Assembly (NCBI GenBank): GCA_027451805.1
Contig: DAIDIF010000053.1
Location: forward strand, 1-48,123
From: Acidobacteriota bacterium
GTDB taxonomy: Bacteria > Acidobacteriota > Terriglobia > Terriglobales > SCQP01
Direction: 5' to 3'
Length of the DNA: 48,123 nucleotides
The notes under the pieces were generated by a model that was not told where the DNA came from, ran no database searches, and saw only the letters and a list, made by a program, of their open reading frames with translations. Shown in pieces: positions 19,359-28,558 of this stretch. A program made the position numbers and the translations under genes. Position 1 is the first letter of the stretch, and every line of letters begins with the position of its first letter.

Positions 19359-19368
19359 GGAGACGACG

Positions 19369-19743
19369 ATGCCACATGAAATGAAGGAAGCGGCCGCAAA
19401 CGTCTACGCCGTCGTCTTCCGCACCCTGTTCTGGGGCATGGTGTTCAGTACCGCGCTCTACGCCGCGGGCGTGGTAATGGCGCTCATCCATCCCACCACC
19501 ATCGCCTACACCGCGCCCACCATCCTGGGCTGGAGCGCTGTCTGGCGCGGCCTGCTGCATCTCGATCCTTCCGCCCTGATGCAAGCCGCCACCGTGGTCC
19601 TCATCCTCACCCCGGTGGCCCGCGTCATCCTCTCCTGCATCGCCTTCTTCGTCGACCACGACTACAAATTCGTCGGCGTCACCGCTATCGTCCTCGGCGT
19701 CATCCTCCTCACCGTCATCCTCGGCCGCCTCGGCCTCCACTAA
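19369..19743 (+). CDS. DUF1634-like small membrane protein (usual TSUP partner)
   Basis: Hydrophobic 124 aa with LILTPVARV and DYKFV patterns; directly downstream of the TSUP gene. Confidence 0.75.
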   Translation: MPHEMKEAAANVYAVVFRTLFWGMVFSTALYAAGVVMALIHPTTIAYTAPTILGWSAVWRGLLHLDPSALMQAATVVLILTPVARVILSCIAFFVDHDYKFVGVTAIVLGVILLTVILGRLGLH

Positions 19744-19780
19744 AACCGGTCTGCCGTCGAGCCACCCCGCCCGGGGCGCG

Positions 19781-20110
19781 TCAATACCGCGGCACCGTCG
19801 GGTCGATCTCCACCGCCCACTGCTCGATCCCGCCCGCCAGCGAGCGCGCCCCGGCCACGCCCGCCCGCCGCAGCCATTGCGCCGCCATCAGGCTGCGCCG
19901 CCCGGTGTGGCAATAGCAGATGATCTCGGCGTCGGCGGCCAGCGTCTCGCGGTGCATCGGCACCTGCGCCATCGGAATGTGATCGGCGCCTTCCAGATGC
20001 GCCTGCTCGAACTCCCATAGCTCGCGCACGTCCAGCAGGCGCACCGCCTCGCCCGACTTGCGCCGCTCGGCCAGCTCCACCACGGTAATCTCGATCGGCA
20101 GTTCGCTCAT
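19781..20110 (-). CDS. Single-domain rhodanese (sulfurtransferase)
   Basis: LLDVRELWEF, active-site loop CHTGRRS, LAGGIEQW, IDPTVPRY; ATG 20110 overlaps the upstream stop. Confidence 0.9.
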   Translation of the reverse strand: MSELPIEITVVELAERRKSGEAVRLLDVRELWEFEQAHLEGADHIPMAQVPMHRETLAADAEIICYCHTGRRSLMAAQWLRRAGVAGARSLAGGIEQWAVEIDPTVPRY

Positions 20111-21324
20111 TCGCCTCGCTCCAGTCCTAAATTTCCGCCGGCGGGATTCAGCGTCAAGCTGGGCTCCAGCTCCGTCGCCCGCGCCCACGCCTCCAGCGCC
20201 GCCTCGCGTTCGCCCGCCGCCAGCGCCAGCTCGCCCAGCAGCACCTGCAGCCGCGCGTCCTGGGGATGCAGCGCCGCCGCCCGCCGGGCGGCCGCGAGCG
20301 CCGTCGCCGTTTCGCCCAGCAGGTGCCGCGCGAAGGCTAAATTGGCGTGCAGCTCGGCGTCCTCGGGCGTCGCCGCCAGCCCCCGCTCGATCAATGGCAG
20401 CGCTTGCCGCGGCTCGCGCGCCAGCAGCCAGTTGGCGCCGGCGTTCTTCAACAGCGCCGCGTCGTCGGGCGCCAGCCGCAGGGCAAACCCATAGTAGAAG
20501 CCGCCCTGCGCGTGGTCCCCGCGCGCGCGATGCACGTCCGCCAGCGCCGCCCAGGAGCGGTGGTCGTCGCCGGCGAGCTGGGTCGCCTGCGAGGCCAGTA
20601 GCAGCGCCTCCTCGCGCGCCGCGTTGCCCTCCTCGCCCGGCGGCGCGTGCTCCGCCACCAGCGCCGCCAGCGCCGCCAGTACCATCGGATCCGGCGGCTG
20701 CGCCCGTGCCGCCGCCGGCAGCAGCTCCAGCGCCAGATCGGGATGCCCCGCCGCCCACAATCCCAATCCCAGCTCGGCGGCGCGCCCCGGATCCTGAATC
20801 CCCGCGCCCCGCGCCAGCGCCGCCGCCGCATCGGCTTGGCCCGCGGCCAACAGCATCTGGGCCAGGCCGGCGCGCGCCGCCGGCATCGCCGGATCCAGCT
20901 CGAAGGCGCGCTGCCACAGCCGCCGCCGCTCGCTGCCCTCCGCGCCCAGCCCCGCGAGGTAGTGCAGCAGCGCCCCCGGCGCGGCCGTCTCGAGATCCGC
21001 GAAGGCTCCCAGCGCGCTTTCCGGCAGCGCCCCGCCGCTCAGCTTGGCCACATATTCCGCCAGCCGCGCCAGCAGATGATGCCCGCGCGCGAACTCGGCC
21101 TCTTCCGCGTGGCGCTGATCGCCCAGCGTCACCTCGACTTGCCAGCGGTCGCCGATCCACAACCGTCCGCTCAGTGCCGGCAACTCGCTGCCGGGAATCT
21201 GCCCCAGCGCGGTCTCGAGCAGGCGGGACATGCCGATGCCCACGCCCGCCGGCAGCGGCGGGCCCGCGTCGTCGCGCCGGACGGCTACCTCAAAGGGCGG
21301 AATCGCAATCGGCGGAACAGCCAT
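20107..21324 (-). CDS. Tetratricopeptide repeat protein
   Basis: Repeated TPR-like units (AFELDP, ALRLAPDDA, LAATPEDAELHANLA, ATELEP); N-terminal part not recognised. Confidence 0.75.
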   Translation of the reverse strand: MAVPPIAIPPFEVAVRRDDAGPPLPAGVGIGMSRLLETALGQIPGSELPALSGRLWIGDRWQVEVTLGDQRHAEEAEFARGHHLLARLAEYVAKLSGGALPESALGAFADLETAAPGALLHYLAGLGAEGSERRRLWQRAFELDPAMPAARAGLAQMLLAAGQADAAAALARGAGIQDPGRAAELGLGLWAAGHPDLALELLPAAARAQPPDPMVLAALAALVAEHAPPGEEGNAAREEALLLASQATQLAGDDHRSWAALADVHRARGDHAQGGFYYGFALRLAPDDAALLKNAGANWLLAREPRQALPLIERGLAATPEDAELHANLAFARHLLGETATALAAARRAAALHPQDARLQVLLGELALAAGEREAALEAWARATELEPSLTLNPAGGNLGLERGE

Positions 21325-21328
21325 CTCG

Positions 21329-22696
21329 TTAGCTTACAGGTTCGGCTGCCGCCGTCGCGGCGCTGGGGGGCGCGGCCCCCGCCGGCAGCGCCGCCGCGAT
21401 CGCCTCCAGCGCCCGCCCGGTGGCGCCGCGCTGCGACTCCAGCAGCGCCCGCGCCGCCCCGCCCACCCGCTCGCGCAGCCCGGCGTCGGTGAGCAGCGCC
21501 GCCCACACCTGGCCCAGTTCATACCCGCTCGCCGCCTGCATCGCCGCGCCGGCGGCGACGAACTGTTCCGCGATGGCGGCGAAGTTCTCCATGTGCGGGC
21601 CGAACACCGTGGGCACGCCCCAGTACGCCGGCTCCAGAAAGTTGTGTCCCCCCGCCGGCGCCAGGCTGCCGCCGATGAAGGCGCAAGTAGCGAGCTGATA
21701 GGCCGAGGCCAACTCGCCCAGCGAGTCCAGCAGCAGCACCCCGCCCATCGGCAGTCGCTCACCGCCCGGCGCCGCCCCGCTCCCGCCCGCGCCCGGGGTG
21801 TCCTCGAGTTCGCTCCGCCGCACCCAGGCCAGCCCGCTGGCCTGCAGGATCGCGCCCACGGGGCCGAAGCGCGGCGGATGTCGCGGTGCCAGGATCAGCA
21901 GTGTGGCCGACTTCGCCGCCGCCGCCGCCCGCCGGTAGGCCTCCAGCACCGCCCGCTCCTCCCCCTCCATCGTGCTCCCCGCCACCAGCACCTGCGTGAT
22001 GCCCGCTTCCGTCAACCGGGCCCGCAGCATCCGCAAAAACGCCGGCTGCTCGGGCGGTATCAGGTCGAATTTCAAATTGCCCGCCACCTGCACCCGCGCC
22101 GGATCGGCGCCCAGCTCAAGCACCCGCTGCGCGTCGGTTTCGGTCTGCATGAGAAACCCCGCGACGTTCTTCAAAATCGGCCGCAGCAGGCGCCGGATCA
22201 GCCGGTAGCGCGCGTAGCTGCGCCCCGAAATGCGCCCGTTGAGGAACATCACCGGCACCCCCTGCTCCGCCGCCGCCAGCAGGAAGTTGGGCCAGATCTC
22301 GGTCTCGGCGATCACCACCAGCGCCGGCTCCAGCCGCCGCAGCGCCCGCCGCGCCGCGAAGCGGAAATCCAGCGGGAAATAGAAGATCCGGTCCGCCGCG
22401 ATCCGCCGCGTGGCCACGCTCCGTCCGGTGGCCGTGGTGACCGACAGCACCACCGGCCGCTGCGGAAACTGCTGCTGCAGTTGCGCGATCAGCCGCTCCA
22501 TCGCCAGCGCCTCGCCCACCGACACCGCATGCACCCAGATCGCCCCGCGCCCCGCCACCGCGCCCACCGCCCCGAACCGCTCCCCCAGAAAGCGCGTGTA
22601 GCGCCCGTCCGGCGGGTTGCGCAGCAGAAACAGCGGCGTCAGCGCCAGCAGGCCCAGTCCCAGCACGATGGAGTAGGCAAGGAGCATCGCCGTCAA
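21329..22696 (-). CDS. waaA: 3-deoxy-D-manno-octulosonic acid (Kdo) transferase; start TTG 22696 or ATG 22687
   Basis: IWVHAVSVGE, ETEIWPN, NGRIS, GNLKFD, APRHPPRF, GGHNFLEPA. Confidence 0.93.
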   Translation of the reverse strand: MTAMLLAYSIVLGLGLLALTPLFLLRNPPDGRYTRFLGERFGAVGAVAGRGAIWVHAVSVGEALAMERLIAQLQQQFPQRPVVLSVTTATGRSVATRRIAADRIFYFPLDFRFAARRALRRLEPALVVIAETEIWPNFLLAAAEQGVPVMFLNGRISGRSYARYRLIRRLLRPILKNVAGFLMQTETDAQRVLELGADPARVQVAGNLKFDLIPPEQPAFLRMLRARLTEAGITQVLVAGSTMEGEERAVLEAYRRAAAAAKSATLLILAPRHPPRFGPVGAILQASGLAWVRRSELEDTPGAGGSGAAPGGERLPMGGVLLLDSLGELASAYQLATCAFIGGSLAPAGGHNFLEPAYWGVPTVFGPHMENFAAIAEQFVAAGAAMQAASGYELGQVWAALLTDAGLRERVGGAARALLESQRGATGRALEAIAAALPAGAAPPSAATAAAEPVS

Positions 22697-22711
22697 CTGC
22701 TAAAATGAGGT

Positions 22712-25006
22712 GTGTCCCTGCTCGCCGACTTGAACCCTCAGCAGCGCGCCGCGGTCGAGCATCGGGGCGGGCCGCTGCTGATTCTGGCCGGCGCGGGCAG
22801 CGGCAAAACCCGGGTCATCACGCATCGCATCGCGCATCTCATCGCCCATTATCGCACCCCGCCTGGCGCCATCCTGGCGATGACGTTCACCAACAAGGCG
22901 GCGCAGGAAATGCAGGCGCGGGTGGCGGCGCTGCTGCCCTACGCCAGCTACGACCGCCCCTGGATCTCCACCTTCCATAGCTTCTGCGTCCGCGCTCTGC
23001 GGCGCGACTACCCCGACATCGGTGGCACCCGCGACTTCGTCATCTATGCCGACGACGAGCAGTTGCGGCTCATGAAGTCGGCGCTCTCCGCTCTCGGCCT
23101 CGACGACAAGGCTTTTGCCCCCCGCGCCGTCCTGGCGCGCATCTCCGCCGCCAAGAACAAGGGCTGGTCGCCCCAGGATTGGCGCGAACGCGCCGGCGAT
23201 CCCAAGAGCGAACGCCTGGCGGTGGCCTTCGAGCGCTACCAGGCTGGCCTGCGCCAGGCCAACGCGCTCGACTTCGATGACCTCCTGCTCGAGACCGAGC
23301 GCCTGCTGCGCCAGTCCGCCGCCGCCGCCGCGCGCTATCGCGCGCAGTACCGCCACCTGCTGATTGACGAATACCAGGACACCAACCGCCCGCAGTACGA
23401 CCTGCTGCGCTTGCTCACCTCCGAGGCCGAGAGCGTGTGCGTGGTGGGTGACGAGGACCAGAGCATCTACTCCTGGCGCGGCGCCGACATCCGCAACATC
23501 CTCGACTTCGAGCGCGACTTCCCCGGCGCCGCCGTGATCCGGCTGGAGCAGAACTACCGCTCCAGCAAGAACATCCTCGCCGCCGCCGGCTCGGTGGTGG
23601 CCAATAACCGCGAGCGCAAAGGCAAGGTGCTGTGGACCCAGGCCGGCGCCGGCGACGCTCTGGGCTACTGCCTGGCTGGCGACGCCGAGCTGGAAGCCGC
23701 CTTCGTCGCCGAGCGCATCCGCCAGCTCCCCGCCGCCGCCGGTTCGGTGGCGATCCTCTATCGCACCAACGCCCAGTCGCGGCTGTTCGAAGAAGCCCTG
23801 CGCAAGCTCAATCTGCCCTATCGCGTGATCGGCGGCATGAGTTTCTACGAGCGTGCCGAGGTCAAAGACCTCCTCGCCTATGTGCGCTTCGCCGCCAACC
23901 CCGCCGACTCCATCGCCCTGCTGCGCATCATCAACACGCCCACCCGCGGCATCGGCAAGGTGACCCTCGAAGCCTTGGAGCGGCTGGCCCTGGAGCACAA
24001 CCTCACCGCGCTGCAAGCCATCGAGCGCGCCCTCGAGGGCGCCGCCGGTTTGCCGCGGCGCGCGCTCGATCCCCTGGCCTCGTTTTACAAGTTCCTGGCC
24101 GAACTCCGTGCCGGCGCCGCGCAGGCCATGCCGGTGGACGAGCTGCTGCGCCTGGTCATCGAGCGCACCGGCTACGCCCGCCTGCTCCAGGCCGAGGCCA
24201 CCCCCGAGGCCGAATCGCGCCTGGAGAATATCGGCGAGCTGCAGAACGCCGCCGCCGATGCCGCCGGCCGCGGCGAATCCATCGCCGATTTCCTCGACCA
24301 CGCCGCCCTGGTCAGTGACCAGGACGAGTACGATCCCGCCGCCCGCGTCCAGCTCATGAGTCTGCACGCCGCCAAGGGCCTCGAGTTCGACGTGGTTTTC
24401 CTCGCCGGCCTGGAGGAGGGCCTGTTCCCCCATTCCCGCACCGCCAACAACCCCGCCGAGTTGGAAGAGGAACGCCGCCTCTGCTACGTCGGCATCACCC
24501 GCGCCCGCGCCCGCCTCTTCCTCACCCACGCCGCGCGCCGCCGCCGCTTCGGCGGCCAGCTCTGGGAGCCCACCCAGCCTTCCCGTTTTTTGGCCGAAGT
24601 GCCCCAGGAACTGCTCGAGGACCTCTCCCCCCAGCGCCCAGGCGGCTGGCGCGGCGACGCCGCGCCCGGCCCCGCCCTCCTGCACGCCCCCGCCGGCCCC
24701 CGCTATGTGCGCGAGGGGTATAGCCAGGAGGTGAAACCCGAGCGTCCCGGCTTCCGTCATACCTACAACTCGGTGGAGAGCATCCACCAGTTTCTGCAAC
24801 GGCCGGGCGCCGGCCAGGCGGCGGTGAAAACCGCCGCCTCGCCCGGCGGCTTGCGCTCCGGCGCCCGCGTGCGCCACGCCCGCTTCGGTGTGGGCACCGT
24901 GCTGCGCGTCGAGGGCGAAGGCGAGCACACCAAGCTGACCATCTCCTTTCCCGGTTTCGGCCTGAAAAAGCTGCAGGAGAACATCGCCGCGCTGACGCCC
25001 CTCTAG
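22712..25006 (+). CDS. pcrA: ATP-dependent DNA helicase PcrA/UvrD
   Basis: AGAGSGKT, TFTNKAA, DEYQD, VGDEDQSIYSWRGA, LEQNYRS, HAAKGLEF, EEERRLCYVGITRA; C-terminal Tudor-like RVRHARFGVG domain. Confidence 0.93.
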   Translation: MSLLADLNPQQRAAVEHRGGPLLILAGAGSGKTRVITHRIAHLIAHYRTPPGAILAMTFTNKAAQEMQARVAALLPYASYDRPWISTFHSFCVRALRRDYPDIGGTRDFVIYADDEQLRLMKSALSALGLDDKAFAPRAVLARISAAKNKGWSPQDWRERAGDPKSERLAVAFERYQAGLRQANALDFDDLLLETERLLRQSAAAAARYRAQYRHLLIDEYQDTNRPQYDLLRLLTSEAESVCVVGDEDQSIYSWRGADIRNILDFERDFPGAAVIRLEQNYRSSKNILAAAGSVVANNRERKGKVLWTQAGAGDALGYCLAGDAELEAAFVAERIRQLPAAAGSVAILYRTNAQSRLFEEALRKLNLPYRVIGGMSFYERAEVKDLLAYVRFAANPADSIALLRIINTPTRGIGKVTLEALERLALEHNLTALQAIERALEGAAGLPRRALDPLASFYKFLAELRAGAAQAMPVDELLRLVIERTGYARLLQAEATPEAESRLENIGELQNAAADAAGRGESIADFLDHAALVSDQDEYDPAARVQLMSLHAAKGLEFDVVFLAGLEEGLFPHSRTANNPAELEEERRLCYVGITRARARLFLTHAARRRRFGGQLWEPTQPSRFLAEVPQELLEDLSPQRPGGWRGDAAPGPALLHAPAGPRYVREGYSQEVKPERPGFRHTYNSVESIHQFLQRPGAGQAAVKTAASPGGLRSGARVRHARFGVGTVLRVEGEGEHTKLTISFPGFGLKKLQENIAALTPL

Positions 25007-25025
25007 TGGCGCCCGGAGGTTTCGC

Positions 25026-25796
25026 ATGCCCGTTCGTCTTCCCTGGCTGTTGCTCGCGCTCCTGCTCGGCGCACCGCCTCCCGCCGCCCCCCAGGCACCC
25101 CAGACCCCGACCGCCGACAAGGGCCGCCAGCTGGTCGCCGAGTGCATCCAGGCCATGGGTGGCCAGCTCTATCTTCAGATCAACCAGCGCAGCGGCGAAG
25201 GCCGCCTCTACACCTTCGATTCCAACGGCAACATGGCCAACGCCGGAACCCACTTCTGGCTCTACTACCGCTTTCCCACCGACGAGCGCCTGGAACTGAC
25301 CAAGAAGCGCAACGTGATCTTCATCTACAGCGGCGGCAAGGGCTGGCAGATCACCTTCAAGGGGGTGGAGGCGCTCTCCGCCCACCAGTTGCGCAGCCAC
25401 GCCGACGCCAGTGCGCACTCCCTCGACGTCATCCTCAAGCAATGGGCGCAGGCCCCCGACACCCTCATCTTCGATCAGGGCCTTACCCAGTTCCAGCAGG
25501 AACCCGTGGAGGCGGTGCAGTTCACCACCGCCCAGGGCCAAACCGCGACCGTGGATTTTTCCCACTTCTCCCACCTGCCCGTGCGGGTGGTCTGGCGCCA
25601 GACCGATCCCCAAACCGGCGGCATCCTCGAACAGTCGGTGGTCTATGGCGATTGGAGCAGCATCGGCGGCATCGAAACCCCCTTCACCATCCAGCGCTAC
25701 GAGGGTCCGATGGAAGTGCAGCAGGAAAACTTCCTCAACGTCAGCTTCGCCCCCTTCCCCGACTCCGTCTTCACCCCCACCACCCGCCGCCATTAG
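25026..25796 (+). CDS. Hypothetical exported protein (beta-rich, possibly LolA-like fold)
   Basis: GGAGG RBS, signal peptide, 256-aa coding-like ORF; ECIQAMGG start and YGDW..IGGIETPFTI end. Fold assignment is a guess. Confidence 0.75.
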   Translation: MPVRLPWLLLALLLGAPPPAAPQAPQTPTADKGRQLVAECIQAMGGQLYLQINQRSGEGRLYTFDSNGNMANAGTHFWLYYRFPTDERLELTKKRNVIFIYSGGKGWQITFKGVEALSAHQLRSHADASAHSLDVILKQWAQAPDTLIFDQGLTQFQQEPVEAVQFTTAQGQTATVDFSHFSHLPVRVVWRQTDPQTGGILEQSVVYGDWSSIGGIETPFTIQRYEGPMEVQQENFLNVSFAPFPDSVFTPTTRRH

Positions 25797-25830
25797 CACC
25801 GGCGGTCGCCGGCCGCGCGCGCCACCGGGA

Positions 25831-25870
25831 CGCGCGGCGCAGCCGCGCTGGGGCCCGCGCCAATCAATGT
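25831..25870 (+). repeat. Dispersed repeat copy 1 (full length)
   Basis: cgcgcggcgcagccgcgctggggcccgcgccaatcaatgt; 38/40 identical to 36714-36753. Confidence 0.9.
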
Positions 25871-25911
25871 GCTAGCATGGCGTTTTCGGAGCAGCAGCAG
25901 GGGTTTGCGGC

Positions 25912-28023
25912 ATGAAGGTGTACGCCAGCTCGCAGATTCGCAACTTGGCCGTCGCCGGCCACGGCGGCTGTGGCAAAACTACCCTGGTCGCGGCGGCGCT
26001 CTACACCGCCGGCGCCACCCCGCAGCAGGGCCGGGTCGAGACCGGCACCACGGTCACCGACTTCGACGAGCAGGAGATCCAGCGCCGCATCAGCATCTCC
26101 ACCGGCATGGCGCTGGCCGAGTGGACCGACCCTGAGAAGGCCGGCGTCAAGTTCAACTTCGCCGACACGCCCGGCCAGAACCTGTTCGTGCATGAAGCCG
26201 CCGCCGCGCTGGCGGTGGTGGAGAGTGTCCTGCTGGTGGTGGACGCCGCCGCCGGCGTGCAGGTGCAGACCGCCAAGCTGTGGGAGCTGGCCGAGCAGCG
26301 GCAACTGCCGGTGATCTTCGTCATCACCCGCGCCGATCACGACCACGCCGCCGTCGAGGGCGCCGTCGCCGCCCTGCGTGAGCGCTTCGGCCGCGGCGTC
26401 TGCCCGGTGCAGCTCGGCTTGGGCGAACAGCGCGCCTTTACCGGCGTCGCCGACTTGATCGCACTGCAGGCCCGGCAGTACACCCCCAACGGCAACGGGC
26501 GCGGCTGCGCCGGCGCGTTGGAGGGCGAAGCGGAAGCCGCCGCGCGCGCCGGCCACGAGGCGCTGGTCGAGCTCATCGCCGAAGGCGACGACAAGCTGAT
26601 GGAGGAGTTCTTCGAGCAGGGCACCATCCCGCTCGAGCACCTCGTCTCCGGGTTGCGTGCCGCCGTCCGCGCCCGCCGTCTCTTTCCCGTGCTCATCGCC
26701 AGCGGCGGCCTCAACATCGGCCTCGACGCTCTGCTCGACTTTCTCGCCGTCTACGCCCCCAGCCCCGCCGCCGCCGCCGCCGAGGGTGCGACCCCGGACC
26801 AGCAGCCCGCCCGCCGCGCGGTCAGCGACGATGCCCCGCTCTCGCTGCAGGTGTTCAAGACCATCGCCGATCCCTTCGCCGGGCGCCTCAGCGTCTTCAA
26901 GGTGCGCAGCGGCAAGATCAGCAACGACGATAGCGTGCTCAATTTCGCCCGCCCCTCCACCGAGCGCCTGGCCCACTTGAGCCTGCTCCAGGGCAAGCAG
27001 TTGCTGCCAATCCCCGAGCTCCACGCCGGCGACATCGGCGTGGTGGCCAAGCTCAAGGACACCCTCACCGGCGACACCTTGGGCGACAAGGCCGCGCCCA
27101 TCCTCTACCCGCCCGCGCCATGGCCCGAGGCCGCCATCCACTTCGCGCTCGAGGCCAAAAGCCGCGGCGACGAGGACAAGGTCTCGCTGGCGCTGCACAA
27201 GATGCTCGAGGAGGATCTGGCGCTGCACTTCGAGCGCGACCCGCAGACGCAGGAGTTCCTGCTCGGCGGCACCGGCCAGCAGCACGTCGAGATCGCGGTG
27301 GCCAAGCTCAAGCAGCGCTACAACGTCGAGGTCAAGCTGCGCGCCCCCCGCGTCGCCTACCGCGAGACCATCCTGGGCAAGGCCGACGTTCAGGGCCGCC
27401 ATAAGAAGCAGACCGGCGGCCATGGCCAGTTCGGCGATTGCCGCATCCGCATGGAGCCGCTGCCGCGCGGCGCCGGCTTCGAGTTCAAGAACGAGATTTT
27501 CGGCGGCGCCATCCCGCGCAACTTCATCCCCGCGGTCGAGAAGGGCATCCAGGAGAGCGCCCAGCGCGGCTACCTCGCCGGCTATCCCGTGGTGGATTTC
27601 CGCGTCGAGCTCTACGACGGCTCCTACCACGATGTGGACTCCAGCGAGATGGCGTTCAAGGTCGCCGGCTCGCTCGCCTTCAAAAAGGCGATGGAGCTGG
27701 CCCGGCCGGTGCTGCTGGAGCCGGTCATGGAGGTCGAGGTGGAGTCGCCGGAGGAGTTCGCCGGCGATCTGATCGGCGACCTCAACGCCCGCCGCGGCCG
27801 CATCGAGGGCATGATGCCGCGCAACGGCGGCGAGTTCATCCGCGCTCAGGTGCCGCTGGCGGAGATGCTCACCTACCAGTCCGATCTCACCTCCAAGACC
27901 CAGGGCCGCGGCAGCTTCCACATGCATTTTTCCCACTACGACCTGGTGCCGGCGCAGCAGGCCGACAAGATTATCGCCAAGGCGCGCGCCGAGCGCGGCC
28001 ACGCCGTCGAGGACGAGGAGTAA
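25912..28023 (+). CDS. fusA: Elongation factor G paralogue (EF-G2 type)
   Basis: 703 aa; GHGGCGKTTL, DTPG, YRETI, HKKQTGGHGQF, DGSYHDVDSSEMAF, LLEPVM. Outside the str operon and with divergent G motifs. Confidence 0.92.
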   Translation: MKVYASSQIRNLAVAGHGGCGKTTLVAAALYTAGATPQQGRVETGTTVTDFDEQEIQRRISISTGMALAEWTDPEKAGVKFNFADTPGQNLFVHEAAAALAVVESVLLVVDAAAGVQVQTAKLWELAEQRQLPVIFVITRADHDHAAVEGAVAALRERFGRGVCPVQLGLGEQRAFTGVADLIALQARQYTPNGNGRGCAGALEGEAEAAARAGHEALVELIAEGDDKLMEEFFEQGTIPLEHLVSGLRAAVRARRLFPVLIASGGLNIGLDALLDFLAVYAPSPAAAAAEGATPDQQPARRAVSDDAPLSLQVFKTIADPFAGRLSVFKVRSGKISNDDSVLNFARPSTERLAHLSLLQGKQLLPIPELHAGDIGVVAKLKDTLTGDTLGDKAAPILYPPAPWPEAAIHFALEAKSRGDEDKVSLALHKMLEEDLALHFERDPQTQEFLLGGTGQQHVEIAVAKLKQRYNVEVKLRAPRVAYRETILGKADVQGRHKKQTGGHGQFGDCRIRMEPLPRGAGFEFKNEIFGGAIPRNFIPAVEKGIQESAQRGYLAGYPVVDFRVELYDGSYHDVDSSEMAFKVAGSLAFKKAMELARPVLLEPVMEVEVESPEEFAGDLIGDLNARRGRIEGMMPRNGGEFIRAQVPLAEMLTYQSDLTSKTQGRGSFHMHFSHYDLVPAQQADKIIAKARAERGHAVEDEE

Positions 28024-28027
28024 CGCT

Positions 28028-28525
28028 GTGAGCACTTCGGTTGATGAGTTCCCGCCCGAGCAGCGCCTCGATTATGCCGCCGCCGCCCCCGCCGGCGTGA
28101 AGGCGCTCGAGGGCTTGCAGCATTACGTCGAGCACTGCGGCCTCGACCCCAACCTGCTCGAACTGGTCAAGCTGCGCTGCTCGCAAATCAACGGCTGCGC
28201 CTACTGCGTCGACCTGCACGCGCGCCGCCTGCGCCAGGCGGGCGAGTCCCACCAGCGCGTGGATGCGGTCGCGGTGTGGCGCGAGTCGCCCGTCTTCACC
28301 CACCCGGAGCGCGCCGCGCTCGCCTGGGCCGAGGCGGTGACCCTGATCGGCGAGGATCACGTGCCCTACGACGTCTACCGCTGGGTGGACCGGTATTTCA
28401 CCGGCAAAACGCTCGCCGATCTCACCCTCGCGGTGATCGCCATCAACGCCTGGAACCGCCTCGCGGTCACCTTCCGCAAGCCCACCCCCATCGAACCCGC
28501 CAATCCGCCCCGGAAGGTGGAATGA
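28028..28525 (+). CDS. Carboxymuconolactone decarboxylase / AhpD family protein
   Basis: ELVKLRCSQINGCAYCVDLH, WRESPVFT..ERAALAWAEAVT, INAWNRL. Confidence 0.92.
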   Translation: MSTSVDEFPPEQRLDYAAAAPAGVKALEGLQHYVEHCGLDPNLLELVKLRCSQINGCAYCVDLHARRLRQAGESHQRVDAVAVWRESPVFTHPERAALAWAEAVTLIGEDHVPYDVYRWVDRYFTGKTLADLTLAVIAINAWNRLAVTFRKPTPIEPANPPRKVE

Positions 28526-28528
28526 GAC

Positions 28529-28557
28529 GCCGCGCTGGGACGCGCGCCCGTCAATGT
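28529..28557 (+). repeat. Dispersed repeat copy 2 (partial)
   Basis: gccgcgctgggacgcgcgcccgtcaatgt; 26/29 identical to 36725-36753; lies between convergent genes. Confidence 0.75.
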
Positions 28558-28558
28558 T

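Noticed and set aside
10961-21380. Short GGGGCCGCGCC matches near 10967, 14880 (minus) and 21370 (minus) as extra repeat copies
   Set aside because: An 11-nt all-GC word is expected by chance at this composition, and these sites lack the hairpin and TCAATG.
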